Assembly (NCBI GenBank): GCA_913046215.1
Contig: CAJWRJ010000004.1
Span: forward strand, 2,898-66,897
DNA: 64,000 bases
Reading direction: 5' to 3'
From: an uncultured Legionellales bacterium
Lineage (GTDB): Bacteria > Pseudomonadota > Gammaproteobacteria > Eutrophobiales > Eutrophobiaceae
The notes under the pieces were generated by a model. That model was not told where the DNA came from. It saw nothing but the letters and a program-made list of their open reading frames with translations, and searched no databases. Both the position numbers and the translations under genes were made by a program. Shown piece after piece: positions 21,184 to 32,131 of the stretch (within the stretch, counting starts at the first letter, position 1; the number at the start of each line of letters is the position of its first letter).

Positions 21184-21717
21184 CTAACTTGAAGAAGTTA
21201 ATAATTTTAACTTATCTATTATTTCGTTGCTATGGGTAGCTGGGTTTACTCTTCTATATATCATAACAATTTTGCCTGTCGGTGAAATAATGAAACTATG
21301 TCTCTTGGCCATTTTAAATGGACCAACCCTGACTGCAGAACCATATGATTTGGCTACTATTGCATCTTTATCGGACAATAATGGAAATGGAAGACTGTAT
21401 TTTTTGGCAAATTTTTCATGGCTTTCAATATCATCTGTACTTATTCCAACGATTTTAGTTTTTAGCTCTCTAATCTTATAAATATCATCTCTAAAAGAAC
21501 ATGCCTCGGTTGTGCAACCAGGAGTATCGTCTTTTGGATAAAAATAAAGAACTAACCATTGTCCTCTATAATCACTCAATTTATGCAAGTCACCGTTTTG
21601 GTCCATAAGCTCAAAATCTGGAGCCAGATCGTTCAGTGATAACTCTGCCCTTGGGCTAAATGAAAATAGCATAAGTATTATAAGGAGTTGTATTTTATGT
21701 GAGATTAGTGTCTTCAT
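21184..21717 (-). CDS. bcp: Peroxiredoxin, BCP/PrxQ family, with signal-like N-terminus
   Basis: LYFYPKDDTPGCTTEACSFRD. Confidence 0.9.
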   Translation of the reverse strand: MKTLISHKIQLLIILMLFSFSPRAELSLNDLAPDFELMDQNGDLHKLSDYRGQWLVLYFYPKDDTPGCTTEACSFRDDIYKIRELKTKIVGISTDDIESHEKFAKKYSLPFPLLSDKDAIVAKSYGSAVRVGPFKMAKRHSFIISPTGKIVMIYRRVNPATHSNEIIDKLKLLTSSS

Positions 21718-21904
21718 TATAGTCGATTTTGTGTATTAACATCGATCGATGTTAGATGAATATTTTAATAAATGTAAAGTAAATTATCTTATTTCCTAAT
21801 TTTGTCTAGGTTTTTACATTAATTATGAATAGAAAATTTTAATATTTGATTCAATTCATCATTACCTTCGTTAAAAGGTTATATAATAGTGGTATTTATG
21901 ATTA

Positions 21905-22546
21905 ATGAAAGGTATGAAAGTTTTGAAAAATAGTAACGTTGATAAATTTTCTGATCACAGCCTAATTCTTCGACACTACGCTAATGACTTAGATAGTCAG
22001 TTACTAAATACTGTTAATCATGTTGCTGAGCAAAGTGCTTTTCGCAATATGCAAACCCCAAGTGGTAGATTTATACGTGCTGCTATGACAAATTGTGGGA
22101 AATACGGATGGATTTCTGATAAATCAGGCTACCGGTACGATAAGACTGATCCAAAAACCAACAAATCATGGCCTGAAATGCCGGAGGTATTTAAAACATT
22201 GGCTAAAAGAGCAGCAAATGATGCTGGCTATAATAATTTTGAGTCGAATGCCTGTCTGATTAATCGCTATACCGAAAAAATAGGTATGTCGCTGCATCAA
22301 GATAAGGATGAGAATGATTTTACACACCCTATAGTCTCTGTTTCTCTTGGTGTATCGATAATTTTTTTATTTGGCGGCTTAACTCGAAAAGAAAAAGTCA
22401 TGGCAAAGGAGCTAAAACATGGCGATGTTGTTGTGTGGGGAGGGCCTGATCGTTTACGTTTTCATGGGGTTCGCCCGCTCAAGAGAGGAGTACACCCCTT
22501 AGTTGGCGCTGCCAGGATAAATTTAACTCTGAGAAGAGCTAGTTAG
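21905..22546 (+). CDS. alkB: DNA oxidative demethylase AlkB
   Basis: MTNCG-GWISD-GYRY, CLINRY, SLHQD, FHGV, RINLTLR (2OG-Fe(II) motifs). Confidence 0.92.
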   Translation: MKGMKVLKNSNVDKFSDHSLILRHYANDLDSQLLNTVNHVAEQSAFRNMQTPSGRFIRAAMTNCGKYGWISDKSGYRYDKTDPKTNKSWPEMPEVFKTLAKRAANDAGYNNFESNACLINRYTEKIGMSLHQDKDENDFTHPIVSVSLGVSIIFLFGGLTRKEKVMAKELKHGDVVVWGGPDRLRFHGVRPLKRGVHPLVGAARINLTLRRAS

Positions 22547-23102
22547 TCTCTTGCGGTACTTTTCTAATGAGTGATTTTTCGTATCCAAGTGACTCAACAA
22601 AATCAATTAACTTGCTATATTCTTCTGGACTAACTACTGGTTTTCTTGCCATCACCCAAACATAGTCACGTTTTTCACGAGCAATCACTGTTTGTGTATA
22701 TTCTTTATCAAGATATGCAATACGGTAGTCCGCCTTTATTGGCCAAATAAATTGCATGCCCCATACTGCATTTGATTTTTCGTCAACTATAAAGCCCGTT
22801 GGTGTAAGTGTTTTAAACTTTCCTTCAAAACTCCCGTCATTAAAAGTAAAAGTTGTTGCAATTGTTCCGTTATCATTTAACTCATACCTTTCAATCGCAT
22901 TAAATGCATTTCTTTCAGGAAATGAGGGTATGTGAGCTATTACATACCATGCACCCATGAATTTTTGTAAATCAACATACTTAACCAGAGGTACCGGTTC
23001 GTATTTCATAGTACTACACCCTGAAATAGTAAATAGGATTATGAAAGAGATAATTGAAAAAAAAGTACGCTTAATGCTCATAAATTTTTTATATATTCTC
23101 AA
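22539..23102 (-). CDS. blc: Lipocalin family lipoprotein
   Basis: Lipobox ISG-C, VDLQKFMGAWYVIA, QFIWPIKADY, VWVMAR. Confidence 0.85.
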   Translation of the reverse strand: MRIYKKFMSIKRTFFSIISFIILFTISGCSTMKYEPVPLVKYVDLQKFMGAWYVIAHIPSFPERNAFNAIERYELNDNGTIATTFTFNDGSFEGKFKTLTPTGFIVDEKSNAVWGMQFIWPIKADYRIAYLDKEYTQTVIAREKRDYVWVMARKPVVSPEEYSKLIDFVESLGYEKSLIRKVPQETN

Positions 23103-23109
23103 AAAAAAG

Positions 23110-23454
23110 CTAATGTCTATTGGTGCTTGCTTGTATACTGATTAAGTCATCAAAACGTTTGAGCTGGAATAAAAGTTGCTGTGTTGATGGATCATTCTCA
23201 AGTAGACATTCTTCCGCATATTCAAAAATAGCACTTTTTAATGGTAAGGGCTTAGTTTGTTCAATCGTATCCTTCATTGTTGGCAGAAATATCCATTGTA
23301 GCCATTGTTCAAATTTAAGAGTATCCATGCAAAATGGGATAGAGCTTTTTAAATCACTTGCCTTAGGCTTCAAGTCATCCCACTTACCATGTGTACGTAA
23401 ACTCGCCTCTAATTCAAGTAGGACGTCGGCAATTCTGTTGGGGATATCATGCAT
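23110..23454 (-). CDS. yqcC: YqcC (DUF446) family protein
   Basis: SSIPFCMDTLKFEQWLQWIFLP motif. Confidence 0.85.
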   Translation of the reverse strand: MHDIPNRIADVLLELEASLRTHGKWDDLKPKASDLKSSIPFCMDTLKFEQWLQWIFLPTMKDTIEQTKPLPLKSAIFEYAEECLLENDPSTQQLLFQLKRFDDLISIQASTNRH

Positions 23455-23574
23455 GGTGATGATTATACGAAGTATTTGATATTCTAGGTAGAGTTGTTTT
23501 TTTTTAATTTTGTCTCGATTTTGTCTGATTTTTGTCGTATTCGAGATATTTTGGCAACTAAGGCCATATTCGAT

Positions 23575-23612
23575 TTCACATATTCGGTGATTCTGGTTTA
23601 TACTCCGCCGCC
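23575..23612 (+). promoter_or_regulatory. Sigma70 promoter of fusA with GC-rich discriminator
   Basis: TTCACA-N18-TATACT followed by CCGCCGCC, the layout typical of stringently controlled translation genes. Confidence 0.6.
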
Positions 23613-23677
23613 TAAATGAATTCTTACTAGTAAACGTACAAATATCAATTGACTAAATTAATTATACGAGTGGAAAA

Positions 23678-25768
23678 ATGACTGACTTAACAAATTATAG
23701 AAATATAGGAATCTTTGCTCATGTTGATGCTGGAAAAACAACAACATCTGAACGCATACTAAAATTAACCGGAAAAATACATAAAACTGGTGAGGTGCAC
23801 GATGGTGAGGCAACGACTGATTTTATGGAGCAAGAGCAAGAGCGAGGAATTACAATTCAGTCAGCTGCTACTAGTTGTTTTTGGAATGATCATAGATTAA
23901 ATATTATTGATACTCCAGGACATGTTGACTTTACAATTGAGGTCTATCGTTCGTTAAAAGTTCTAGATGGTGGGGTTGGTGTTTTTTGCGGATCTGGTGG
24001 AGTTGAACCACAATCTGAGACGAATTGGCGCTATGCTAATGATTCTGGAGTTGCTCGTATTATTTTTGTTAATAAACTTGATAGAACAGGCGCTGATTTT
24101 TATCGCGTAGTTGATCAAATTGAAAATGTGCTTGGTGCAAATCCACTTGTTATGGCTCTACCCATAGGAATTGAAGATGATTTTATTGGTGCAGTTGATC
24201 TTCTCACTCGTAAAGCATGGGTATGGAAAGACCCTAACGATCCAGCAAAATATGAGATCGAAGATGCCCCAGCAGATATGTCTGAAAAAATTGAAGAATG
24301 GCGTGAAAAATTAATTGAAACTGCAGTTGAACAAGATGACGCTATTATGGAAAAATATTTAGAAGGTGAAGAGCCTACTATAGATGAGATTAAGTCATGT
24401 ATACGTAAAGGAACAATTAGTCTTACATTTTTTCCAACATACTGCGGTTCAGCATTTAAAAATAAATGCGTTCAAATGATTCTTGATGCTGTTGTAGATT
24501 ACTTACCAAATCCAACTGAGGTTAAACCTCAACCAGAAGTAGATTTGGAAGGAAATGAATCTGGAGAATTTGCAATTGTCGACCCTGATAAACCATTGCG
24601 AGCATTAGCTTTCAAAATAATGGATGACCGTTATGGCGCACTAACTTTCATTAGAATTTATTCTGGAAAAATTGAAAAAGGTATGACAGTTCTAAATACA
24701 TTTACTGGAAAAAGTGAACGAATTGGACGTATTGTTGAAATGCATGCCGATGAACGTATTGAACTTGATGTCGCACAAGCGGGAGACATTGTTGCTGCGA
24801 TTGGTCTAAAGAATGTACAAACTGGTCATACTTTGTGCGACCCTAATAAACCGGCAACTCTGGAGCCAATGGTCTTCCCAGATCCAGTTATTTCAATTGC
24901 TGTCGCGCCAATTGATAAAGGTGCCTCCGAAAAGCTAGGTATTGCGATTGGAAAAATGATTAAAGAAGATCCTTCTTTTAGGGTTGAAACCGACCAAGAT
25001 AGTGGTGAAACAATCCTAAAAGGAATGGGTGAACTACACCTTGATATTAAAGTAGATATTTTAAAAAGGACACATGGCGTAGAAGTAGAAGTTGGTAGCC
25101 CTCAAGTGGCCTATCGAGAAACTGTAACAAAACGCGTTGAAGATACCTATACTCATAAAAAGCAATCTGGTGGCTCGGGTCAATACGGTAAAATTGATTA
25201 TGTGATTGAGCCAGGTGAACCTGGTAGTGGTTTTGTTTTTGAATCAAAAGTTACAGGTGGTAATGTGCCAAAGGAATTTTGGCCAGCAGTTGAAGGTGGA
25301 TTTCAAAAAAGTATGGATAAAGGAGTCTTAGCGGGCTACCCCTGTCTTGATTTCAAAGTTACATTATTTGATGGTGCTTTTCATGCTGTCGACTCATCAG
25401 CTATTGCGTTTGAACTAGCTTCAGCAGCTGCATATCGTCAGTCTATGCCGAAAGCTGGACCACAGCTTATGGAGCCTATTATGAAAGTTGATGTTTTTAC
25501 CCCTGATGATAATGTTGGTGATGTGATCGGAGATCTAAATCGACGTCGTAGTATAATTAAATCACAAGAAGCGAATCCAACTGGCGTGCGTGTTAAAGCC
25601 GAATGTCCGCTCAGTGAAATGTTTGGATATATTGGAACACTACGAACAATGACCTCGGGTAGAGGTCAATTCTCAATGGAATTCCTAAACTATAGCCCTT
25701 GTCCTAAAAATGTTGCTGATGAAATCATCGCTGAAACGCTAGCAAGAGAAGAGGAAAAGAAAAAGTAG
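23678..25768 (+). CDS. fusA: Elongation factor G, standalone copy outside the str operon
   Basis: [34 protein letters not shown]; no rpsL/rpsG/tuf neighbours. Confidence 0.95.
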   Translation: MTDLTNYRNIGIFAHVDAGKTTTSERILKLTGKIHKTGEVHDGEATTDFMEQEQERGITIQSAATSCFWNDHRLNIIDTPGHVDFTIEVYRSLKVLDGGVGVFCGSGGVEPQSETNWRYANDSGVARIIFVNKLDRTGADFYRVVDQIENVLGANPLVMALPIGIEDDFIGAVDLLTRKAWVWKDPNDPAKYEIEDAPADMSEKIEEWREKLIETAVEQDDAIMEKYLEGEEPTIDEIKSCIRKGTISLTFFPTYCGSAFKNKCVQMILDAVVDYLPNPTEVKPQPEVDLEGNESGEFAIVDPDKPLRALAFKIMDDRYGALTFIRIYSGKIEKGMTVLNTFTGKSERIGRIVEMHADERIELDVAQAGDIVAAIGLKNVQTGHTLCDPNKPATLEPMVFPDPVISIAVAPIDKGASEKLGIAIGKMIKEDPSFRVETDQDSGETILKGMGELHLDIKVDILKRTHGVEVEVGSPQVAYRETVTKRVEDTYTHKKQSGGSGQYGKIDYVIEPGEPGSGFVFESKVTGGNVPKEFWPAVEGGFQKSMDKGVLAGYPCLDFKVTLFDGAFHAVDSSAIAFELASAAAYRQSMPKAGPQLMEPIMKVDVFTPDDNVGDVIGDLNRRRSIIKSQEANPTGVRVKAECPLSEMFGYIGTLRTMTSGRGQFSMEFLNYSPCPKNVADEIIAETLAREEEKKK

Positions 25769-25863
25769 TTATAAATTTTAAACACGGACTAATCAAAAAA
25801 ATCCTATATTAATCAATACTTTAAAATATAGTTCTAACCTAAGATATTGATTATAATGGAAGG

Positions 25864-27696
25864 ATGAGTCTAAAAAAAAATCTTTTCATCGCTTTCATTG
25901 GCCTTGTGTTTTTTTTTCAACATTCCTTAGCTGGGGAAGATACACACACATCTGATGTAACAATAAATAGTGATACAACAGACCAGCAAACAATTGGCGA
26001 TGGTGGTAATAACGTCACCTTAATTAATGACGCTACTATTAACAATGGTGATGATAATGCCTCTGTTGAATCTTTTGGATCAAACACCAGTAATGGATTA
26101 ACTGGTGTTACTGTTATTAATAATTCAGGCGCGATAATTAAACAAGATGGAAGTTTTGATGGTACAGTCAAGGCGCAGTTCAACACTAATTTTACACTCA
26201 CTAACTCGGGAACTATTCAATCAAATGACGGACAGGCTATTGATATTAAACAAACGACAAACGCAACAATCAATAATAATTCTGGCGGCTTAATCACTGC
26301 TAAGAGAAACACAATAAGATGTACCGCATCTTGCACAAATCCAACCGTCAATAATTTTGGCTCAATAACGGGTAGACAAGAAGCAGTAATTCGTTTGGAT
26401 AAGTCGACGAATATGACGGTAAATAATAATCATGGCGCACTCATAGATGCTGAAGCATCTGCTACGCAATCTTTACATGCCATAGATATAGGTACTAATG
26501 GTACTGTAAATAATAGCGGAATAATTAGACGAACGATAAATGGAGAGCCTGGTCATCACACTAATGCGGCTGCTATTTCATATCAACAAAATAATGGTAC
26601 GTTAACATTGAAAGATGACAGTATATTAGTGGGTTTAATAAGCGTGAAAGATGGTAAAGAGGGAAATAATCTTCGAATTCAGCACGGTTATGGACGTGCT
26701 TATATGTACAAAACAGAGGGAACACTTGGATTAACTGACCTAGATGGCAATCGAATTGTTGCGGGCTCAGCAACATCAGTTGGTATGGGTGCACAAGAGA
26801 CTGTCGACGAATTACTAGGGTATCGTGCATACAATCTTCGTACATCACTAAAAAATTACACTAACGGCTCTGATTCAGATAAACCAAAAATAGAACCTTT
26901 TGCTTATACATCATTTCGAAGCAGCGGTCGTAATACTCTCGGTTATGAAAATAATGCTTATGGTACGAACTTTATTTACCCGGTAGTACCTGATAAGTTA
27001 AATTTAATCTTAGCCGTTGAACGTAATAAATTAAAACTTGATGAAAACCACGATATTACGAAAAAAAGTTTTCTTGCTGGTATTGGAACTAATGACTTTA
27101 CAAAAATCGATGAATGGAAAGTAAGTAGCTACGCTGTTGCTGGTTGGAGTTGGCATGACAGCAGCAGAGACGTGCTTACCAATATAGTAAGTACTGGTAT
27201 AGCTGATGTAAGTGCCGATTATGAAAGCGCAGAAGTAATTACTGGTGTAAATTTTACGCGTATATTAAATCAAAGAGTCAACGAATCAGTAACTAATGAA
27301 CAAGAATCTGAGCTAGGGATAACATTTAGTTTTTCTCATACCCCCAGTTACAGTGAAAGCATGTTCTTTTCATGGGAAGAACGCAATCTTGCTCAAGCAA
27401 GCATTTATTTCAATAAACAACTTACCCTAATGATAGATGATAAAATACAATTCATAACAAGCACTGAATTTGAGCATCGCTCCGTTTTTTATGGCAAAAA
27501 TCAAGATCATTCACTAAACACAGTAATCGTTGATTTTAATAGTGGTAGCTATAATGAAAATTCTTTAGGCATGAATACTAGTTTTGACTATGACTTAGGA
27601 AAATACGGAAAAATCTATATGCAGTTTAATGGGCGTTTATCTGATCAAGCTGCTATCTACCTTGGTGGAAGTGCTGGAATAAATTTTATCTTTTAA
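25864..27696 (+). CDS. Autotransporter-like surface protein
   Basis: Signal peptide, an Asn/Gly/Thr-rich region with repeated N(N)SG.I motifs, and an amphipathic C-terminal domain ending GINFIF. Confidence 0.7.
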   Translation: MSLKKNLFIAFIGLVFFFQHSLAGEDTHTSDVTINSDTTDQQTIGDGGNNVTLINDATINNGDDNASVESFGSNTSNGLTGVTVINNSGAIIKQDGSFDGTVKAQFNTNFTLTNSGTIQSNDGQAIDIKQTTNATINNNSGGLITAKRNTIRCTASCTNPTVNNFGSITGRQEAVIRLDKSTNMTVNNNHGALIDAEASATQSLHAIDIGTNGTVNNSGIIRRTINGEPGHHTNAAAISYQQNNGTLTLKDDSILVGLISVKDGKEGNNLRIQHGYGRAYMYKTEGTLGLTDLDGNRIVAGSATSVGMGAQETVDELLGYRAYNLRTSLKNYTNGSDSDKPKIEPFAYTSFRSSGRNTLGYENNAYGTNFIYPVVPDKLNLILAVERNKLKLDENHDITKKSFLAGIGTNDFTKIDEWKVSSYAVAGWSWHDSSRDVLTNIVSTGIADVSADYESAEVITGVNFTRILNQRVNESVTNEQESELGITFSFSHTPSYSESMFFSWEERNLAQASIYFNKQLTLMIDDKIQFITSTEFEHRSVFYGKNQDHSLNTVIVDFNSGSYNENSLGMNTSFDYDLGKYGKIYMQFNGRLSDQAAIYLGGSAGINFIF

Positions 27697-27715
27697 TTTC
27701 AATATTTAATAAAAT

Positions 27716-29188
27716 CTATTTTAGATAATTTTTTAATAGTAAATCTACTGTATAACGAACACCAAATCCTGTTGTATTAGTAGGAATATGACCTAAACCA
27801 CCCTTCCTATTGCTGCTAGATAAATCCATATGTATCCAAGGCACATCATTCTTAACAAAACGCTGTAAAAATCTCGACGCTAAGATATGATCAACACCGC
27901 TTTCTTGAGAACATTGTTTAATATCGGCAATATCACTTTTTATCATTTGATCAAAATCTTCATCTAACGGAAAAGGCCAAACACGTTCTCCGCTATCTTC
28001 GCCAGCTTTAATTAAGTTTGGGTGCCATTTATTTACATTAGTAAAAATACCGCTATATGATGTTCCAATTGAATACATACATGCCCCTGTTAATGTTGCA
28101 TAGTCGATTATTAACGAGGGCTTTTCTTTTGATGCCAAGACTAATGTGTCAGCCAATACCATTCTTCCTTCTGCATCAGTATGCACGACTTCAATAGTTG
28201 TCCCGTCTGATGCCGTAACTATATCATTTGGCTTATAGGCTTTTGGTCCAATATGGTTCATAGCTAAGGCCATCCAACATTCAACAGGGCGATTATAATT
28301 AAGCTTAGTAAGTGCTAATAATGTCCCTAGCGCAACAGCACTACCTTGCATATCCTCATGCATACCAAACATATAGTTAGCAGGTTTTAAATTTGTGCCC
28401 CCAGTGTCATAACAGATACCCTTACCTACTAGGAAAATCTTCTTTGTCTTTGATGCGCGTTTTGGTTTGTATCTTAATCGTACAATACCTGAATCTGCCG
28501 TAGGACTTCCCTGAGAAACAGCTAAAAATGCGCCAGCTTTCTTTTGTCTTAAAGTTGATTCACTATAGAATTCTAATTTCCATTTATTTTCCTTTGCAAT
28601 TTCTTTTATTTTTTTAAGATAGTGCGTCGGCGTCAATTTATTTGAAGGCATCATGCTTAAACTTCTAGTTAGCGCATTACCTTCTGCAATAGCAAAACTT
28701 TTTCTAAATCTGTGGTTTGCTTTAAAGCCACAAAGAATAATTTTCGACAAAGGTATTTTAGATTGTTTTTTACTTTTGAAATTAGGCATTTTTGCACATA
28801 CTGCTAAAATAGCTGAGATTATTGCTTCTATGATTCTTTCAGACTCTTTTTTACTAAAACCAGCTACGAATACTCCTATTTCTTTTGGTCTCGATTCGGA
28901 GTGCAATGAAATTAACTTTCTTGAAAGTGATAGAAGATCAAAACTTGTATTACTAGAACTAAGCATAGTAAAACTAACGTGACTTGAATGCTTATTTGGT
29001 AAATCAATAGAAACTGGAATACCACATTTTTCATCCTGCGATATTTGCTTATAACGACTAATTATTTTTTCTTTATAACTAAAATTTTTCTTAGTTTTGT
29101 TAGAAGAAACAATAATCCAATTATCAACACTGTCAATTACATCAATTGTTGGTGCTGAAGTATGCTGTTCTAATATAATTGACATCAT
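27716..29188 (-). CDS. Leucyl aminopeptidase family (M17)
   Basis: GKGICYDTGG, NLKP, DMQG, HTDAEGRMVLAD, ATLTGA. Confidence 0.9.
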   Translation of the reverse strand: MMSIILEQHTSAPTIDVIDSVDNWIIVSSNKTKKNFSYKEKIISRYKQISQDEKCGIPVSIDLPNKHSSHVSFTMLSSSNTSFDLLSLSRKLISLHSESRPKEIGVFVAGFSKKESERIIEAIISAILAVCAKMPNFKSKKQSKIPLSKIILCGFKANHRFRKSFAIAEGNALTRSLSMMPSNKLTPTHYLKKIKEIAKENKWKLEFYSESTLRQKKAGAFLAVSQGSPTADSGIVRLRYKPKRASKTKKIFLVGKGICYDTGGTNLKPANYMFGMHEDMQGSAVALGTLLALTKLNYNRPVECWMALAMNHIGPKAYKPNDIVTASDGTTIEVVHTDAEGRMVLADTLVLASKEKPSLIIDYATLTGACMYSIGTSYSGIFTNVNKWHPNLIKAGEDSGERVWPFPLDEDFDQMIKSDIADIKQCSQESGVDHILASRFLQRFVKNDVPWIHMDLSSSNRKGGLGHIPTNTTGFGVRYTVDLLLKNYLK

Positions 29189-29377
29189 TTTTTTCCTTAA
29201 TGAAATAGGGGTTTTAAAGTTGTTCTGACACTAAATATCCTAAAAAATTCAGTCTATCATATCAAACGTTACTTTAACTAAATACAAAACTAAACTAACA
29301 TCTATTAAGTAATAATAATCATATCAAGTGAACTAAAGATTTTTTTTAAAATTGTCTTAAATGAAAAAAGGTAGGTA

Positions 29378-30790
29378 ATGACTAAAGATATTCATGCAGA
29401 AGTAGTTGTTTTGGGTGCTGGCCCTGGTGGTTATACAGCCGCTTTTCGTGCATCTGACCTAGGCCTAAAAACTATTTTAATTGAGAAATACCCTTCTTTG
29501 GGCGGTGTTTGTTTAAATGCCGGCTGCATACCCTCAAAGGCATTACTCCATGTAAGTAAGGTTATAGCTGAAATTGAGGAATTAAAAGAACATAACATAG
29601 TTCTTGGAGGAACCAATCCAGATTCTAAATCTGTACGCAGTTGGGTCAACTCAATTATTACTAAACTTAGCTTTGGCTTAAAAACAATGGCAAAAAAAAG
29701 ACAAATTGAAATTATCGAGGGCTACGGGTCATTTGTATCGACGAATTTAATTGAAGTGAATAACAATGGTAAAATTTCACGAGTAACATTTGATTCAGCA
29801 ATTATTGCTACGGGTTCGCATCCCTCAAAACTGCCTAATCTACCAGATGACTCACGTATTATGAATTCAACTGATGCATTATTTTTAAAAGAAATTCCTA
29901 AAAGAATGCTGGTAATCGGAGGCGGTATTATTGGACTTGAGATGGCAACCATCTATGCCTCGCTAGGAAGTAAAATAACTATTGTTGAAATTATGGATTC
30001 ATTAATTTCTGAATGTGATAAAGATATTGTTAGGCCTTTAATTAAAAGAATTAAAAAAATTTACGAAAATATCCATCTAAAAACAAAAGTAGTTTCAGTC
30101 GAATCCAAAAATAATAAACTGGTAGTGACTTTTGAAGGAAAAAATGCTCCTGAAAAAGATCAATTTGATTCTATTCTAGTAGCTGTTGGGAGATCTCCTA
30201 ATGGTAATAAAATTAATGCAGCAAATGCGGGTATAAATGTAGACATGAATGGTTTTATAAAAGTTAATGATCAACAGCAAACTAATATTTCCAATATATA
30301 TGCTATAGGTGATGTAACTAGCCTTCCAATGCTTGCACATAAAGCCACTTATGAAGGAAAATTAGCAGCAGAAATCATTGCTGGAAGTAAAAAAAATATT
30401 AAGAGTAGAGTCATCCCATCTGTTGCATATACAGATCCTGAGATTGCTTGGGTTGGATTAACTGAAACAGAAGCTAAACTAAAAAATATTGACTACGGAA
30501 AAGGGGTTTTTCCTTGGGCAGCAAACGGACGATCACTTGCACTTGCTAGAGATGAGGGAATTACTAAGATTTTATTTGATAAACAATCAAAAAAAATTAT
30601 TGGCGCTGCAATTGTTGGTACAAATGCAGGTGATTTAATTGCTGAATGTGTACTAGCAATAGAAATGAATAGCAATGCAAAAGACATAGCTCAAACTATA
30701 CATCCACACCCCACCTTATCTGAAACCAATGCCATGGCAGCAGAAGTTTTTGAGGGCACAATAACGGATCTCTATATACCAAAACGCTGA
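29378..30790 (+). CDS. lpdA: Dihydrolipoyl dehydrogenase
   Basis: GAGPGG, GGVCLNAGCIPSK, HPHPTLSE. Confidence 0.95.
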   Translation: MTKDIHAEVVVLGAGPGGYTAAFRASDLGLKTILIEKYPSLGGVCLNAGCIPSKALLHVSKVIAEIEELKEHNIVLGGTNPDSKSVRSWVNSIITKLSFGLKTMAKKRQIEIIEGYGSFVSTNLIEVNNNGKISRVTFDSAIIATGSHPSKLPNLPDDSRIMNSTDALFLKEIPKRMLVIGGGIIGLEMATIYASLGSKITIVEIMDSLISECDKDIVRPLIKRIKKIYENIHLKTKVVSVESKNNKLVVTFEGKNAPEKDQFDSILVAVGRSPNGNKINAANAGINVDMNGFIKVNDQQQTNISNIYAIGDVTSLPMLAHKATYEGKLAAEIIAGSKKNIKSRVIPSVAYTDPEIAWVGLTETEAKLKNIDYGKGVFPWAANGRSLALARDEGITKILFDKQSKKIIGAAIVGTNAGDLIAECVLAIEMNSNAKDIAQTIHPHPTLSETNAMAAEVFEGTITDLYIPKR

Positions 30791-30913
30791 GTTTTACTGT
30801 AAAACATCTAATTTCTCAATAAAAATGGCAAAATATTGATAATTACTTTATATATGTTGATAGTTTTCAAACAAACGATAGAATAAGCGACTTTTTTTAA
30901 TGCAGACACTAAA

Positions 30914-32131
30914 ATGAATACAAAGAAAATTAGTAAAGTTGTACTGGCCTACTCAGGTGGATTGGATACCTCGGTTATTCTTGCTTGGTTAAAGGATGTC
31001 TACAATTGTGAAATTGTCACATTCACAGCTGATATCGGTCAGGGTGAAGAGGTTGAGACTGCCCGAGCTAAAGCTAAAGAAATGGGTATAAGTGAAATCT
31101 TTATTGAAGACCTCACAGAGGAATATGTAAGAGATTTTGTTTTTCCAATGTTCCGTGCGAATACTATTTATGAAGGTGAATACTTATTAGGCACATCAAT
31201 TGCAAGACCATTAATTGCAAAACGTCTAGTTGATATTGCCAAAAAAACTGATGCCGATGCAATTTCACATGGAGCAACCGGCAAAGGTAATGATCAAGTT
31301 AGATTTGAACTAGGTGCGTATGCACTAGATCCAAAAATTAGAATAATAGCTCCATGGCGTGAGTGGGATCTCAATTCCAGAGAGAAACTACTTGCTTATG
31401 CTGAAAATAAAGGGATACCAATTGAAGGAAAACAAAAAGTTGGTTCTCCGTATTCGATGGATGCAAATATGCTTCATATTTCATACGAAGGAGGTCTGCT
31501 GGAGGATCCATGGAGTGAACCAGAAGAATCAATGTGGCGTTGGACTGTTGCGCCCGAGAAAGCACCTAATTCATCGGAGTCAATCGAAATTAAATTTAAA
31601 CAAGGTGATCCAATTGAATTAAATGGTAAAGAATTGTCTCCAGCAAATTTACTCTCGAATCTAAATACTATTGCTGGTAGACATGGTATTGGGCGTAACG
31701 ATATTGTTGAAAATCGATATGTTGGTATGAAATCACGGGGTTGTTATGAAACTCCTGGGGGCACAGTACTACTTAAAGCCCATCGTGCTATGGAATCACT
31801 GACCCTTGACCGTGAAGTAACGCATCTTAAAGATGAATTAATGCCTCGTTATGCAAAACTTATTTACAATGGATATTGGTGGAGTCCCGAAAGAGAGGCG
31901 CTACAGAGTCTTATTGATTGGACACAAACAGGAGTTAATGGAGTTGTGAGATTAAAACTCTTTAAGGGCAATGTCTATGTAACTGGAAGAAAATCTGATT
32001 CAGATAGTTTGTTTGACGAAGAAATTGTAACTTTTGAAGATGATTCTGGTATGTATAACCAAAAACATGCAGATGGATTTATTAAGTTGAATGCTTTACG
32101 GCTAAAATTACAAGCCAAAAAAAATAATTAA
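30914..32131 (+). CDS. argG: Argininosuccinate synthase
   Basis: [35 protein letters not shown]. Confidence 0.98.
   Translation: MNTKKISKVVLAYSGGLDTSVILAWLKDVYNCEIVTFTADIGQGEEVETARAKAKEMGISEIFIEDLTEEYVRDFVFPMFRANTIYEGEYLLGTSIARPLIAKRLVDIAKKTDADAISHGATGKGNDQVRFELGAYALDPKIRIIAPWREWDLNSREKLLAYAENKGIPIEGKQKVGSPYSMDANMLHISYEGGLLEDPWSEPEESMWRWTVAPEKAPNSSESIEIKFKQGDPIELNGKELSPANLLSNLNTIAGRHGIGRNDIVENRYVGMKSRGCYETPGGTVLLKAHRAMESLTLDREVTHLKDELMPRYAKLIYNGYWWSPEREALQSLIDWTQTGVNGVVRLKLFKGNVYVTGRKSDSDSLFDEEIVTFEDDSGMYNQKHADGFIKLNALRLKLQAKKNN

Noticed and set aside
29318-29336. Fur-box-like sequence upstream of lpdA
   Set aside because: Only about 12 of 19 positions match in very AT-rich DNA.
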